Of a stretch of 64,000 bases of DNA, positions 12,395-29,111 are shown piece by piece (position 1 is the first letter of the stretch; each line of letters opens with the position of its first letter). This stretch comes from Octopus sinensis (lineage: Eukaryota). The notes below the pieces were generated by a model that saw nothing but the letters and a program-made list of their open reading frames with translations, had not been told where the DNA came from and searched no databases. The position numbers and the translations under genes are program-made. The DNA lies in NCBI RefSeq assembly GCF_006345805.1, contig NW_021825821.1, positions 624,009 through 688,008 on the forward strand. The letters are read 5' to 3'.

Positions 12395-12589
12395 CAACAA
12401 AATTTCAATAATGATTTGATTTATTTTAACTTAAAAATAGAGAAAAGATTTTTTTATTATAATAAAAATATGCGAAAACTATGTCAGCATTGCATCACGT
12501 AACAGACTACATTTCTCAACAAAAAAATGATTAGTTAGTTAAGTTAGTTAATAGCATTTCTGCATTGGCATAAGCACGTAAGTGTCTAA

Positions 12590-13790
12590 ATTCAAGATGA
12601 GTTTGGTCATTTTGTATTGGACGCCAGACGCTCTGTTGAACTCATAGCCCGACACTTTAGCAATCAGGTCAATTGGGAGGATACTTCATTGCTTTCACAA
12701 TTCGAGGGACAGCCTCGTTTACTGAAAAATATGTTTACAGAGAACGAGATTCGCTCAGCAATGCTTTGACTGAATAACAACAGGGCATCGAGTTGTGATA
12801 ATATTTGCGGAAAGTTGTTGAAATAGGCACTGACCAAGCTTGCAAAAAAAAACCTTTATATTCAATGAGATATTCAGGACTCATTGTCCAATTGAAAACT
12901 TCCGGTCAATCGTGCTTTTGACCACGTTGCGAAAAACCTATCGATTATAACTTTGAATCATAGATCAAAATCAGTTATCCAAGTCAAAGCGGATTCAGAC
13001 CGTGAAGCTGACATAGTCATCAGTGGCTTACGGCTATATGCCGAAAGTACAGGAAAACAATGCACATTTGGGAGTTGACCTATCAAAAGCGTTCGACGGT
13101 ATCTGTCGAGATAAACTATTGCGGGTTCTCGAAAATATTGTTGATAAAGACTTTTGATGATTGTGCGTTTTCTGCTGGCTAATACGAGTCTCGTAGTGAA
13201 AATGGGAAGAGACTATTCGGATAAATTTACCACCGGGATTGGTACTTCTGGAAGGGGACTCTCTTTCACCAGTTCTCTTTATAATCTATTTGGAAGCTGC
13301 GTTAAGGGATGTTAGAAATGAATTGCATCACTTAAATAATTATTTTGTGAAACTAATATACGCTGACGACATCAATTATGTATCTGAGGATGTGGAGATT
13401 CTAAAAGCTGTACTAGACAAGGCTACAACAGTTTTAAAGAAGTAGTCCCTGAAGATCAATCCCGAAAAAACTGACTTCGATTCAGCAGCTGTTGACACGG
13501 CATGATGAAAGTTGAGATTTACCAAAAGGCTCGGATCGCTTTTGGGTGATGCTGAAGACGTGCCCGCAGAAAATTGTTGGCGTCGTGTGCACCAAAAAAG
13601 CTGTAAATTATTTCGACACGCAGAATACTAATCTCTCTAAATCTTTGGACACACTTCTATAATTCGTTCGTAAAACTAATCCTATTATACAAGTCGGAAA
13701 CATAGGGAACACCTTGACAGGCTAAACGCTTTTTATAGAAAGCAATTGAGAAAAATCGCGAGTATCAAATGGTCACAGACAATCAAAAAT
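12590..13790 (+). mobile_element. RTE/L2-like LINE RT remnant, heavily degenerate
   Basis: GVDLSKAFD, GDSLSPVLFIIYLE, YADD, ILLYKSET, FYRKQLRKI with many stops. Confidence 0.7.
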
Positions 13791-14029
13791 GATTCAAAAT
13801 CATATTTTGCTTTTCTTTGAATGATTTGATAAATATAATAATTTTGAAAAACTTAGTAGATTAGTTCTGATTAAGTACAGTCATTTTAAAGAATTAAAAG
13901 CATGACACAAAACATGTTAGTGATTGTCCAATTTTATCCAACGATACAAGAAAACAGGCTCAATACAAGATTCCTTATTATATCGTAGAGCAAAATTAAA
14001 CATGAATTATTTTGATAAAAAATATAAAA

Positions 14030-14150
14030 ATACTAGAATGCCCATCCCAGTGCCTGGTCTTAATCCAATTGAGCATTTATGATGAGCTTATATGAAAACG
14101 GAACTCCGTAAAATGAATTTAAAAAATGTTGACGAATTAAAACAGGAACT
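14030..14150 (+). mobile_element. Tc1 transposase C-terminal fragment
   Basis: CPSQCPGLNPIEHL resembles WPxQSPDLNPIE. Confidence 0.5.
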
Positions 14151-14733
14151 TCTATATTTCCCAAAAAAGTCATCCCATTTTCATTATTAATATTCAATCA
14201 ATACAAATGTTATGAATATTTTGGCAACATCTTGGATATTATTTCAGATATTGATCAACTAATTGTCTAAATTGACACTTTTTAAAAAATTCCAAGTTTT
14301 TATGAACTTTTTTCCTATTTCAATCAGTTAACTTCTGTCCAACATCTTGTAGGATACTGTTAGTCCTCAGGAAATTCTAAAAGCGTAAAAAAGCTGTAGG
14401 TTATCAAAAATGAGCTCTTAAAGGTTGATCAAGAAATTTTTTGAGGTATTTCTTTTTACCGGAAGAGGTCTCAGCTTGACGGACTGGAAGAGGGATTGAG
14501 AGTATGTTGGGATAACCCAAAACATGGATTGGTTTATAAGATCAAGTTACTGTCTTAAATTGAATTTTTTATATATTGATAAATGGTTTTTAAACTTTTC
14601 AGATCAAAAAAAACATAATTAGTATTTAAAAACTAAAATTTAAACAATAAAATTTTATTATATTTAAATAATAAATATGATTTTTGTGGTATTAAAAAAA
14701 CAGATTTGAACATAAGTTTTCCTATTTTTGTTA

Positions 14734-15334
14734 ATGTCAAAAAACATAGAGTAACATTTTATATTTATTTCTACAGAAATGAGAAAGAAGAAAAATCACT
14801 TTATTCATTTTTGGGATTAGATAAGACAGCTACAACCGAGGAAATATCAAAAGCCTACAAACTGGTTTTGATTATTTTTTACGATAAGCTGGCTTTGAAA
14901 TTCCACCCCGACAAAAACCGAAACAACAAGGAAGCACACAACAGAGCAAGTTCTCTTGTTACTATTCCAGTTTGTCGAAATCGCCACCGCAAAAGCAATT
15001 TTGATTGATCCAAAAAAGAGACAAGTTTACGATACATTTGGATACCCTGGAATTGATCTTCTCAACAAAATTGGTGAAGAACACGTCGATAAATTGCTCT
15101 TAATGAAGTCTTCTTGGATAAAAGTATGTCGTTTATATATATTAAGGTTCTTTTATTCTTTGTATGCATTTCCTGTGGGTCGTGTATTTGTTTGTTTCTC
15201 GGAATTACTTGGTGTGTTATGAGATGCCGAAGGACTACTCCTCTCTATGATGCAGTACAATTTGGCTTTTCTTATTTTAGAAGCCTCCACACAACATTGT
15301 TGGTGAATCAATTATAGTTGAGGAGTCAAAATAA
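14734..15334 (+). CDS. DNAJC5: DnaJ co-chaperone, cysteine-string-protein-like
   Basis: J domain SLYSFLGLDK..LALKFHPDKN..ILIDPKKRQVYDTFG, followed by a hydrophobic Cys-rich segment; five micro-introns including one GC-AG. Confidence 0.8.
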
Positions 15335-15439
15335 GATTTTTTTAATTATCTAATTTTGAATATTTGTTTTTGTAATTTTAGGAAATATGTTTGATGATTT
15401 TTTGGAAACATGTCTGTAGTATAATGATTAGATAATATT

Positions 15440-17200
15440 TCAAATAAATTTGATCCAAATAATTCTAAACCAATTTGTCATTTATTTTATAATTGGAATT
15501 AATGACCATTGGAATGTACTCAAAGTCTCTAAGGCGTTATTCAAATGTCATTGGGACTTTCTTTGAAGAAAATTCTTTGGCAATCATAGCCGGAGATCTT
15601 AACGCGAAAAATATGAGTTATGAATGTGAAACAACAAACATGAATGGAGCTTTCCTTGAAGACTTAGCCAGTAATCTGGGCTTTTCTGTCTTTACTTCAA
15701 AAGAACTGAATCACTATGCTGACAGAGGCCGGGATGATCGTTTGGGTCTCTTTCTATGCTCGAGAAGCAAAGAGAATGTTGACAATCACCTAAGATCGTC
15801 AATCATGAAATTTTTGGACACTTACGCTGGAAAAATTATTTGGAGACCTAAAGGAACACCGAATCAACACTTGAATCCGAAACTTGTTAATTTGCTCAAA
15901 TCTAAAGGTACTTTGGAAAACCGCAAAAGAAGATGTCATGTCGAGTCTATTAAATACCGCCTGAAAATTGAGATAAAAAATCAAAACTATTATTGCAAAA
16001 ATGGCCAAGGCTGAGGTCGAAAGTAAATGGAGGTCAGAATGCCAAAAACTTGACAAACGAAATCCTAATTTCTGGAAAATATACCAACGTCTTAGCAAAA
16101 ATGATGCCAAGGGAGTTGAAATCTCGCTAAAAGGACCAGATGGTAAATACATCCGCTATGATCTCGTCCCGGATGCACTCAGGGACCAATTCAGTCGGGT
16201 ACAAGAGATCGATGCCCCCGTTACACGATGGACGTATGACAGGATTGTGAAGAAACTCAACTCTTCACAGCTGTTAGAAGGACCATTATATGGAATGATA
16301 ACACAAGAGGAGGTTGAAAAGGCAATAGCCGGGTTGAAGAACAAATCACGTGGTTTCGACTACATTCCTCAGATATTGTTAAAGAAGGCGCCTGAACTTC
16401 TGATTCAAGCACTGACTATGATGTTTGACGCCAGCTGGACATTTTCCAATTGTCTTTAACAGACTTTCTTGTTATGTAGAATCACAAAATCTGCTTTCGT
16501 CCGTTCAACGGGGATTCCGTGAAGGAAAATCTACAGGGGACTGTTACATGGAATTAGTGCCTACAGAAAGGAAGCCTGGGTAACTGCGGTGTGTCTGGAC
16601 CTCGCAAAAGCTTTTGATAGCGTATGGCACTTGGGCCTACTTGTGAGAGTCCATGACACTGAAGCCGGAATAAAGACCTATCGATGGCTAGAAAACTTCT
16701 TGTGTGGAAGGAAATCTTTTGATCGCTGTGGGAACCGCCTATCGGGATGTCTGGAACTTAGAAGGGGCGTCCAGCAGGGATCTGTCTTTAGTCCACTTAT
16801 TTTCAACCTCGTCTTGTCGGATATTCCCCTGCCGTCTGTACGTACTGGCAAGCTTGTCATCTACGCTGATGATATCCTGGTTATGGATACCTCGAAAAGG
16901 ATATCACAGTTTTGGAGACGACTAAAGTCGTACATTGCGAGTTAAAGAAGTAGACAGCTGAGAAGGGCTTACCCATAGCACCCGAGAAGAGCACCATTTC
17001 ATGGATGCGAAGAAGAACACGTTATGCAGCTACATGTTCCTATGCTATGAATGGTTATGATATGGACCTCTCCAAGAGTTTGAATCTACACCACCTTGGA
17101 GTAATAGTCAACTGCCGTAATTCGTAAGCCGACCACGTAGCTAAACAGAGGAAGAGGAGCGTTAGAATCCACAGATTTCGGGAAAGAAGCGTACTTATCG
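15440..17200 (+). mobile_element. APE-RT LINE (I/Jockey-like), degenerate
   Basis: IIAGDLNAK, CLDLAKAFDSVWH, GVQQGSVFSPLIFN, YADD across frameshifted ORFs. Confidence 0.8.
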
Positions 17201-17296
17201 CAGGACCAGTGGAAATTTGCAAAGTCGCCTAACCCTATTCGAAACCACGAAACAGAATGCGGAAATTTAAATTAAAAAACCCATATAGGAAGGATA

Positions 17297-21221
<3,925 letters not shown>

Positions 21222-21387
21222 TGCGACACACAACGGCAGTAATACTTATAAATTAATTTATTTATAAAAATAAACTAATACAGCAATCAATTTTAAATAG
21301 TTTAATTCCGACTTTTTATTTAAAAACATGATTAAAAAATTAAAAATTCATTTTGATATGAAAAATTTTATTCAATACTATTTTTCA

Positions 21388-21582
21388 CTACTTTTTTAAT
21401 CCAAAATAATTTGTAACAAGTCTTTTGACTAAAAAATACTGAAAAAAATCAGTCTCATGAAAAAATTTGGAAAAAGCCTTCGAAACGAGTAACAAAACTG
21501 ATTTTACAAACACTAAATCGATCTCATCCCCGGAATTCAGACTACCAACATGTACGAAGTCACATTCCTCGGCTGTACTCAC
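21388..21582 (-). mobile_element. Possible pogo/Tigger transposase C-terminal remnant
   Basis: Acidic EECDF..GDEID segment ending LVTNYF, like the KITEYF end of the pogo at 38935. Confidence 0.4.
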
Positions 21583-21589
21583 AGTCCAC

Positions 21590-22695
21590 CTGGCCTAAGG
21601 GCCCACCTGGCGAAGAAGGACTTTAAATTCCGTGACCTCACAAACAACCTTCTGACAATGGACTCGCACATCGCCTGTCATGCTATTCCTATCTTGACAT
21701 GCTACTACCTATGAATACCTCCCTGAAATCATCCACAGAAGCAGTTCTGAACATCGCCTTTGACGATATCGGTTAGACCCAAGGAAAACTTCCCGTCAGG
21801 TTTGGAAGGATCGGCCTTCGATCGCTCAAAGACTTAGCGCCGCATGCTCACTTTTTTCCAGTTTCCAGAAGCCGTCAGCTTGTCCGAGAGGTTCTACTCC
21901 CATTCCCCATTCCACGAACTCTCTCTGATGTGTAAAAACAGCCAACCCCCTCTCAGGTGTGCAGACGAGATCTGGCCAAAACACTCCGTTACCATGCTAC
22001 AGCCATTACTGAACCAACACCGCCTGGCGTGCTTGGTTTCCGCACCACACAAATACAGTGGATCCTGGCTCGAGGCCTTCTCCGGTTGGGTCTTGACATC
22101 TGCACGCCCCATCGGAGTCGATGCGGTGATATGGTGGATGAGAAAGATCTACGCACCCTCTCGTACCGCCGGAGCGCAGCCCGCTCGCCTCGTCACGGGG
22201 CACTTAACGATGTCATCTTAAGAGCACTCAATCCTGCCGGTTTCCCGAATTTACTTAAACCAGTCGGTCTGGATAGGAGGGAAGGCAAGGGTCTTGATGG
22301 GATGACAACCTTCCCATTCCGAAATGGCAAATTCCTGATCTGGAATGCTACGTGCACAGACACTTGGTCCCCATCGGCGGTACTCTCATCAGCATCATCT
22401 CCTGAATCGACCGTGGATCACGGAAAAATCACGCCGATAAGTACAGATAACTCTCCGCCCAACATTTCTTTGTCCCTTGGCATTCGAGACCTCCGGAGCC
22501 TTCGGCCCGCAAACATCCAAGTTCTTGAAGGGTGTCGGCCTCCTTATCGCTTGGAGAAACATGGAAGCAAGCGAATCCTCTTGGCTGAGATAAAGGATTT
22601 CGGTTACAATGATGCGCGGCAAGGTATCCGTTTGGCCGGAATCTATCCGTTTTCTGGCAATGCTCGAGCTCGTCTTTCCTCCCGGACTTTTTTAT
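21590..22695 (+). mobile_element. CRE-type retrotransposon 3' half, degenerate
   Basis: LGLDICTPHRSRCG, RHGALNDVI, LDGMTTFPFRNGKFLIWNATC; ends in a T-run. Confidence 0.8.
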
Positions 22696-22758
22696 TTTCA
22701 TTGTAACACTAAACTATTTCTAGAATTGTTAAAAATCCAAAAATTCCAGTAAAACATG

Positions 22759-24623
22759 TCACCATGTTGAAAAAGAAAGATTACTAAAATCATTTGTTGG
22801 TTTACGCTTAGGAGAAGGAACTTGGGCACCCAAGACAGGTTGTTTTTTCTTATTACATGACCTTTTAACGTGATAAATTAGCAGAACCTTGCTAAAAGAT
22901 ATTTCCCAATAGTATTATTCTCCACTTTCTGGACAACTTGATTGGCCACCTTTGCACTGGTCTTGTCGATCTCTTCTCTCTTCTTTTTAATCTAACAAAT
23001 AAAATCACAATTTATCAGCCTCTTCTTCAGCTACTGAAAACGGGTCGACAAAAACAGAGCATTTCTCAATTCTCACTGGCTCCTGTCATTAATATTAAAA
23101 TGTGAATTAACCAATGGACAGGAATCCTTATCAACCTTAACCATCTCAAGTCGATCGAGGACACTGGCGCCTCCAACCAACCTAAAATAAAACAAACTCA
23201 AATAACCTCCCAAAAACTGTATGTTTCCCATCAAGATATTCCAAACTTTTAAAAGTAATAAAACTAAAAATGCTTTAAATAACTTACAATTGAGATTGAT
23301 TGCTATCCCGCTCAGCATTGGCCATGGAAAGCATTCCTCGACTGTCATGTCTAACCAGACTTCTAAACTCGTCGCGAAAGGGCTTTCCAAAAGCTGACCT
23401 CCCTCCATCTCCATTCGGATCCCCTCCTTGAATCTACTCTAATCATCACTCAAAAACCACCATAAAATTCCTGACAAGTCGATGAAACAGAGACCCGTCG
23501 TAGTATTTACGTTGACACAACAAAATGAAATTCTGACAGGCTTGTGGGAACTAGCAGTACAGGAAACATCACAACCAAATCACAATAAAGTTCAAAATTC
23601 AAATCCCCAAAGTTGGTGGACAGACGAACATATCCCTTTGCCCCTGGCTTTAAGGTTTTGTACAATAACTCTTGCTCGTCGATCAAGACTGGTCGTTTTA
23701 TAATAAGTTATGCCTATTTCCTGCGTTGTTTTTATATCCACGGCAGTTGAGGTAAATGAGGCTGCCATTTTCCCGGTTGTGTAGTTTGTGGAGTTGAGGG
23801 AATCAGCTTTTCGACATTCGACTGTCGTTTTTTGTTCATCTTTTAAATTTTTATCATTTTTTTCGAGTTCTTCAAGCACAGACTGAGTGATGCTGTTCAT
23901 TCTTCGAAGATTCGTCTGATCCTCCGCCTTCACAAACGAAGAGTCGACTAAACAAGTCAATTCCAATAAAACTGACTCGAAGCAGCATAATCTGTCAGAT
24001 TATTACGAATGTGATGAAAATTTGTGAAATTATGTTTATCAAGATTGGTAGGGTCCTGAATATGAATGACATCACTTCTAGAAAATGCCTCCCCCGTGAA
24101 CAAATCAAAGTAATTTCCTTCTCGAATATTAAGCTTTTCCACTGCCTCATAACAGTAGACATTCCCTGATGTCCGAATTGCCACAATGTGGGAGAAATCA
24201 TTAAACACTTTAAATAGAATTGGGCAATGCATTTCTCCTTCACTATTTTTGTGGAATTTGAGTTTTATAAGATCACTAGCTTGTAGATTCTACGAATAAT
24301 TTGCTTTTGGGATAACCTCGCCTGTCACGGGATTCACTTTGTGATCCTTGAGAAACCCCATGACAATCCTAAAATAAAAAAACATCAAAAAACATACATT
24401 AGATCGAAGACTATTCCAGAACGAGTACAGCAAGGATAGTTAAAAGGTTTTAGAGATAGACTGCAATAGTGAAAAGGTAGTCTCCTAAATGTTCTCCCTG
24501 TTCGTTCTGCTTTCTTCTTTCCACCAAAATAGGAAGTCCATTCTGAGTTAGTAATGTATCTTTAAAGTTGTTTTAATAAAAAGAATAATACAATTTATCC
24601 TGCTGATGTTGTTTCTTTCCCAT
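22759..24623 (-). CDS. PPIL2: U-box cyclophilin Cyp60
   Basis: [82 protein letters not shown], ends FSTW-stop; two GC-AG introns are needed to keep frame. Confidence 0.93.
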
Positions 24624-24746
24624 TTGAAAAAACCACAAGGATTAAAAATTTAATTTAATAATAATTTTTAATGTTAGTCAATAATTAATTAACTTTAAAA
24701 ATTTATAATAAATCCATGTTTTTTTCTAGTTGTGATATTTTATAGT
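24624..24746. promoter_or_regulatory. Compact divergent (bidirectional) intergenic region between PPIL2 and EIF2B4
   Basis: Only 123 bp separate the two head-to-head start codons. Confidence 0.6.
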
Positions 24747-26200
24747 ATGGATTCAAACACGACAAAGACAAGAGCCGAAATAAAGGCTCAAAGAAGAGAG
24801 AAACAAGTAATAAACAACCACAATTAATACCAGGAAGCACAAAGAGCAGCCAAACTTTCAAAAAACCAAAAAAACGACAAAAAACCTTCTCAAGCCGAAT
24901 CTTACAACTCCCATAAGCCGCCATCCACAAATATGTAATATATATTGACACTTTATAACTACAGATCTCCCAAATGTGAAGAAATTGATTATATTGATTC
25001 GGAAATTTATCGGATTTCGACTTTGTGGAGTGGCGGGAATTTATTTGACTCAACTTCTTTTGTGGTGCTCGTCGTTGATTCACTGATTTCGGTTTTTTTG
25101 GTTGAGAATGACCTGATTCTTTAGTTGCTCGAATCTCCCAACTCTTTAATGAGTCCTGTTCAAGTCCTCGACAAATTTATCACAAAATCTACTCAACAAA
25201 TTGTGTTTCCCACTAATGCAGAGAGTTTTATTAACTATTTAAAGACTTGTATCACTACGGGGTCCTCAATAGAGTATTTCCTGGAGGTTTTTTTAAATAA
25301 TATTGAATTTTGTAGGTTTTAGAAGTTTTTAAAAAGAAAAGGGTGTTTAGTGCTATTGACTCTGTGGGGATCTTCGCAAATCAAGTTCTTAAATTGATTC
25401 CTGTCCACCACGTAGCAGTATATAGCTAGTTTGAATTTTATTTTTAATATTTATTATATTTACATTTTTATATTTATTTTATGATACTTATTTTTATAAA
25501 CAAATAAAGCTAATATAAAATAGTTCCCTCAGTATTATGAAATCTCTGGTCGATTTGGCTGAGTCCCAGGAGTCCTTAGTCGTGTATGTACTCGAATGTG
25601 CCTCTGTCAGAAAACAGGCTTCAAATTTGATGTCGAAATTGACTTCTCATGGAATTACTGCATACTTTGTTAACCTTTCTGCACTTGTTTCAGTTATAGA
25701 AAAAGTAATTGAGTATATATAATTTGAGGTTGATGCGATTTTAATCGGTTCGGAGACTGTATATGCTGATGGAACTATCAGGGCAGTTGCTGGGTCTTCA
25801 GTTGTCTGTCATATGGCAAATACGCGACATATTCCAATTTATGTTTTGTATGAAACATTAAAATTGTCAGTCCACGTCCCAAGTTTGACTAGTATGTATA
25901 TTTTTTATATTAAGTAGAGTGTTTAAAGGGGTATGAGATTGTTCAGAGAAGGTTCCCGTTTGCATTTGTTAACGAAAACGAAATTCATTATTCCATTCTA
26001 GGTTTTTCTAAACGATCGGTGAATATTCAGACATGATATTTTTTAATTTGATAATTTATTTCATTTAGCAGATACTACCAATATCTAATGATGAGCTGTC
26101 TAAGATTATCTTCCATCGCATTAATTGTAGAAATTAGTTCTTAGGTAGATTTCCATTATACAACTCCGTCGTATAATGCGTCGTTATTTTCTATACCATA
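24747..26200 (+). CDS. EIF2B4: Divergent eIF2B regulatory subunit, most likely delta; 3' end uncertain
   Basis: N-terminal TRAEIKAQRREKQEAQRAAK matches the delta-subunit motif; Rossmann-like ILIGSETVYADG..G..V..MA..IPIYVLYETLKL. Confidence 0.7.
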
Positions 26201-26349
26201 GATTTTTAAATAACTTTTTTGACAGTTTTTCTATTTTTTTATTTAGTCGATTACATTTTATTCGAGCAATTTGTGATCGCTATCATTGCTAGAATACGCC
26301 TCCAATGATTATCAAAAGTTCTACAAAAAGTTTTCTAGTGTTAGTGTGT

Positions 26350-26690
26350 TGCATACTTGTGTTCAATTAACATACTTTCGCGAGTTCTTTCAGTATAACG
26401 GATTGGATAAAAGTTCTCGTTGCTTTTTCAATAGTAATTTTATCTAGTACATAATTTTTAAAGCATTTCGAGACAACTTTATCCCAGGTCAAAACCACCA
26501 AAATAGTGCTTCATAATGTATCGAAAGTTCATTTGCCAATAGATTAAAGTTGTGAAATTTCTCGATTTCTATTTGTTTAAGGCGGTCTTGTGATGTGATG
26601 CCTACCTCAATTAAAGTTATTTCCTGTATTTTTTCGTAAACAAAAATATCAGTTTTGTTGTATTTAATTGTTATTTCTGTCATAATTGGG
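26350..26690 (-). mobile_element. R4-like RLE endonuclease fragment
   Basis: NKTDIFVYEK..LIEVGITSQD..EK..LLANEL, then TWDKVVSK. Confidence 0.7.
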
Positions 26691-27057
26691 ATATAAACTC
26701 GGATTAAGTTCTTTATTGTTTTTTACATAAATCTTAATCACGCCTTTTTAATACTGTATTAATGATTAATTGTTATAAATTCAGTGATAACAATAGCATA
26801 TGAATTAACGAGAATTGTTTTATAATATATAGGGTTTTCCACACTTTTTCGCTACTTTTGCAATCAATTTCGCCACTTTTTCACGCAATTTCGTGTAAAG
26901 TAGATCATCGGCTTTTCGTTTAAAGCAATTCTGTTACTTTTTAAAGCAATTTCGTGCATAAGAAGATTATCGGTTTATTGTTTCAAGCAAATTCGCTACT
27001 TTTCCAAGCAATTCCGTCACTTTTTCAAGCAATTTTGCCAAATTCTTAAAAATTTAT

Positions 27058-29111
27058 TGTCACCGGTTTTAGAGCGGACCCGGTTTTTGGAAGGACCACA
27101 CAAAAAATTGTATAAATCGTTTTATTTTATCCTGAAAATAGTTATACAATAAATTAGACCATGTTTAAATAATTCTAAAACTTTTTTTTTTTTTAACAAC
27201 ATAAGGACGTGAAAAGATAGCTAAGCTAATTACTGGCGTCACGAGACAACCGGCCAGCCTCGCGAATGGCGAAGCCGTTCCCTCGGATCACAGCAAACGA
27301 CAGACGTTCCGGAGCCAAGAATACTCTCTTGGATCGTGACTAGTCCTTGAAATCCGTCGGCCGAGCGAGCGAAGGAAGCTGTTTCTGATTTTATCATTGC
27401 TCACAAAACCAACATACCCTTCAAAAGTGCTTTTAAATTTTAAATAAGTAATTTTATTTGATTTTTGTGTAAAATATTAAAAAAACATTATATTTTTATT
27501 TAATGATTTTAAACCTAAATATTTTAAAAATCAAATCTTAAAATAACTGTCAATAAAAACTATTCTAACCACAAGGTTTGATATAAAATTCAACTAGTCC
27601 CCTATGCGGCCTACGGCCGCGGTATCTCTTCACTTAGAGAATTTTAAAATTTAGTGAACTTTTTATTCTAGAAATATTATGTCGCGACCCACGCTGGCGA
27701 CCATCCCACGCTGGCGACCATCAGTTTGACAGGTTATGACCTTCAGTTTGACAGGTGATTCAAACCGAAAAAATTCATTTTAAGAAATGGTTTTTCATTT
27801 TACAAAAAAAATTGGTTTCTCTCAAAAGATGTTAGCATGAAAAAAGCGACTCAATTAATCATTATTAATGATCGGTATATTTGCGACTCCTAACTCATAG
27901 TCTTTATCTAAAAACGAGAATAACCAAAAACACAAATTGGTCATTTGTCTGGACAATGAAATGGAGATGAGGACACTAGCATTCGCCATTAACCAGAATC
28001 CCAATGGGGAATACGAAAGCTTCAGAAAAAGTGCAGTGAATTCTATTTCACTGTAAAACGTCAATCATCGAACAAATTATAAAAGACTGCGAAATTTGTA
28101 AATTTGCCCTACCATTGAAAGTATTTAAAAAAAATACCTAGGTCGGATTCTAATTACCATGTAACTGCAGGAAAACCCAATGAAAGATTCCAGGCGGATC
28201 TTATTGTTGTTAGAAGATATAAAGATTTTAACGATGGATCTAATTGGATACTGACAATTATTGACATCTACAGCAAATTTGTTGTCTGCAAATCTTTAAA
28301 AAATAAACTGCTTCTGGTAAGACTTGAAATTTAATTGAAGAAGTGGTGAATAAATTCCACCTGTCAATCTTGTCAACAATGAAGGTCGCTCTGGTCGCCA
28401 GCGTGGGATGTCGCCAGCGTGGGTCGCGACATATTAATATTTTTATGGACGTTTCCATTTTCATCTTCTAAAGAATAGTTGTAATTATTTTCTTCGATAA
28501 TTTTATATTTTGTTGTATCGACATTATCAAATAAGGGAAGCCTTCTATTGTTGGTATTAGCTAATCGCCTTATTTTAATTATTATACCTGACAAAAAACA
28601 CAGTTTTTAGTAACATTTTCAATCTCATTTCAAGCAACACCGTAAATTTATCCTGACAGCTGACTAATCATTCTATCTCTGCCAAAATGATTAGAATTAT
28701 GTGCCTTCTAAACATAAGGAGATTTTAGATAACCAATCATTGTTAGCTTTAGTTCTTTCTCTTCTATACAAAAAAATCTGAGTAAGCAATTGTTTTTTCG
28801 AATAAATCCCTTTCCGTCAGAGAATTCAAATTTTTTTGCGTGAATTATAAATCTATGCTTTTCTCTTTTTTCAATCACTTCATCTAGATCCTTCAAATCT
28901 TTGATTTTTTTAATTTTTTGAAGATTTGCTTTTGGAAGTACAACGAAACCCATTTTTTATGTTGAATTTAATTAATTAATTATTACAATAATATAATAAA
29001 AAATAAAACCAATTTTTATTTTCTAATGAAAATAAATTATTTTATCCATTTTTTATTTTAATATACGCACCTGGTCCTTCAAAAACCGGGTCCGCTCAGA
29101 AACCGGTCACA
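27058..29111 (-). mobile_element. Ginger-type DNA transposon, internally deleted; middle layer
   Basis: TGT..ACA termini, ~40-bp TIR, 5-bp TSD TTTAT on both sides; ORF remnants end in the integrase-like C-terminal YSLEDENG..NISRIK once the inner element is removed. Confidence 0.8.
27680..28431 (+). mobile_element. Ginger-type element with partial integrase; inner layer
   Basis: TGTCGCG..CGCGACA ends, ~40-bp TIR, 5-bp TSD TATTA; DCEICK, NERFQADLI, WILTIIDIYSKF integrase motifs. Confidence 0.85.

Noticed and set aside
12530-12552. (TTAG)n runs as telomeric repeats
   Set aside because: Only 2-4 units and internal; better explained as microsatellites or retroelement tails
23630-23715. Apparent frameshift in PPIL2
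   Set aside because: Resolved by a 25-nt GC-AG intron that restores conserved residues
24703-25083. 126-aa hydrophobic minus-strand ORF
   Set aside because: Antisense to the eIF2B-delta N-terminal exons
27680-27720. Repeated cccacgctggcgacca units as a CRISPR-like array
   Set aside because: Two sub-repeats within a transposon TIR, mirrored at 28392-28431, with no spacers
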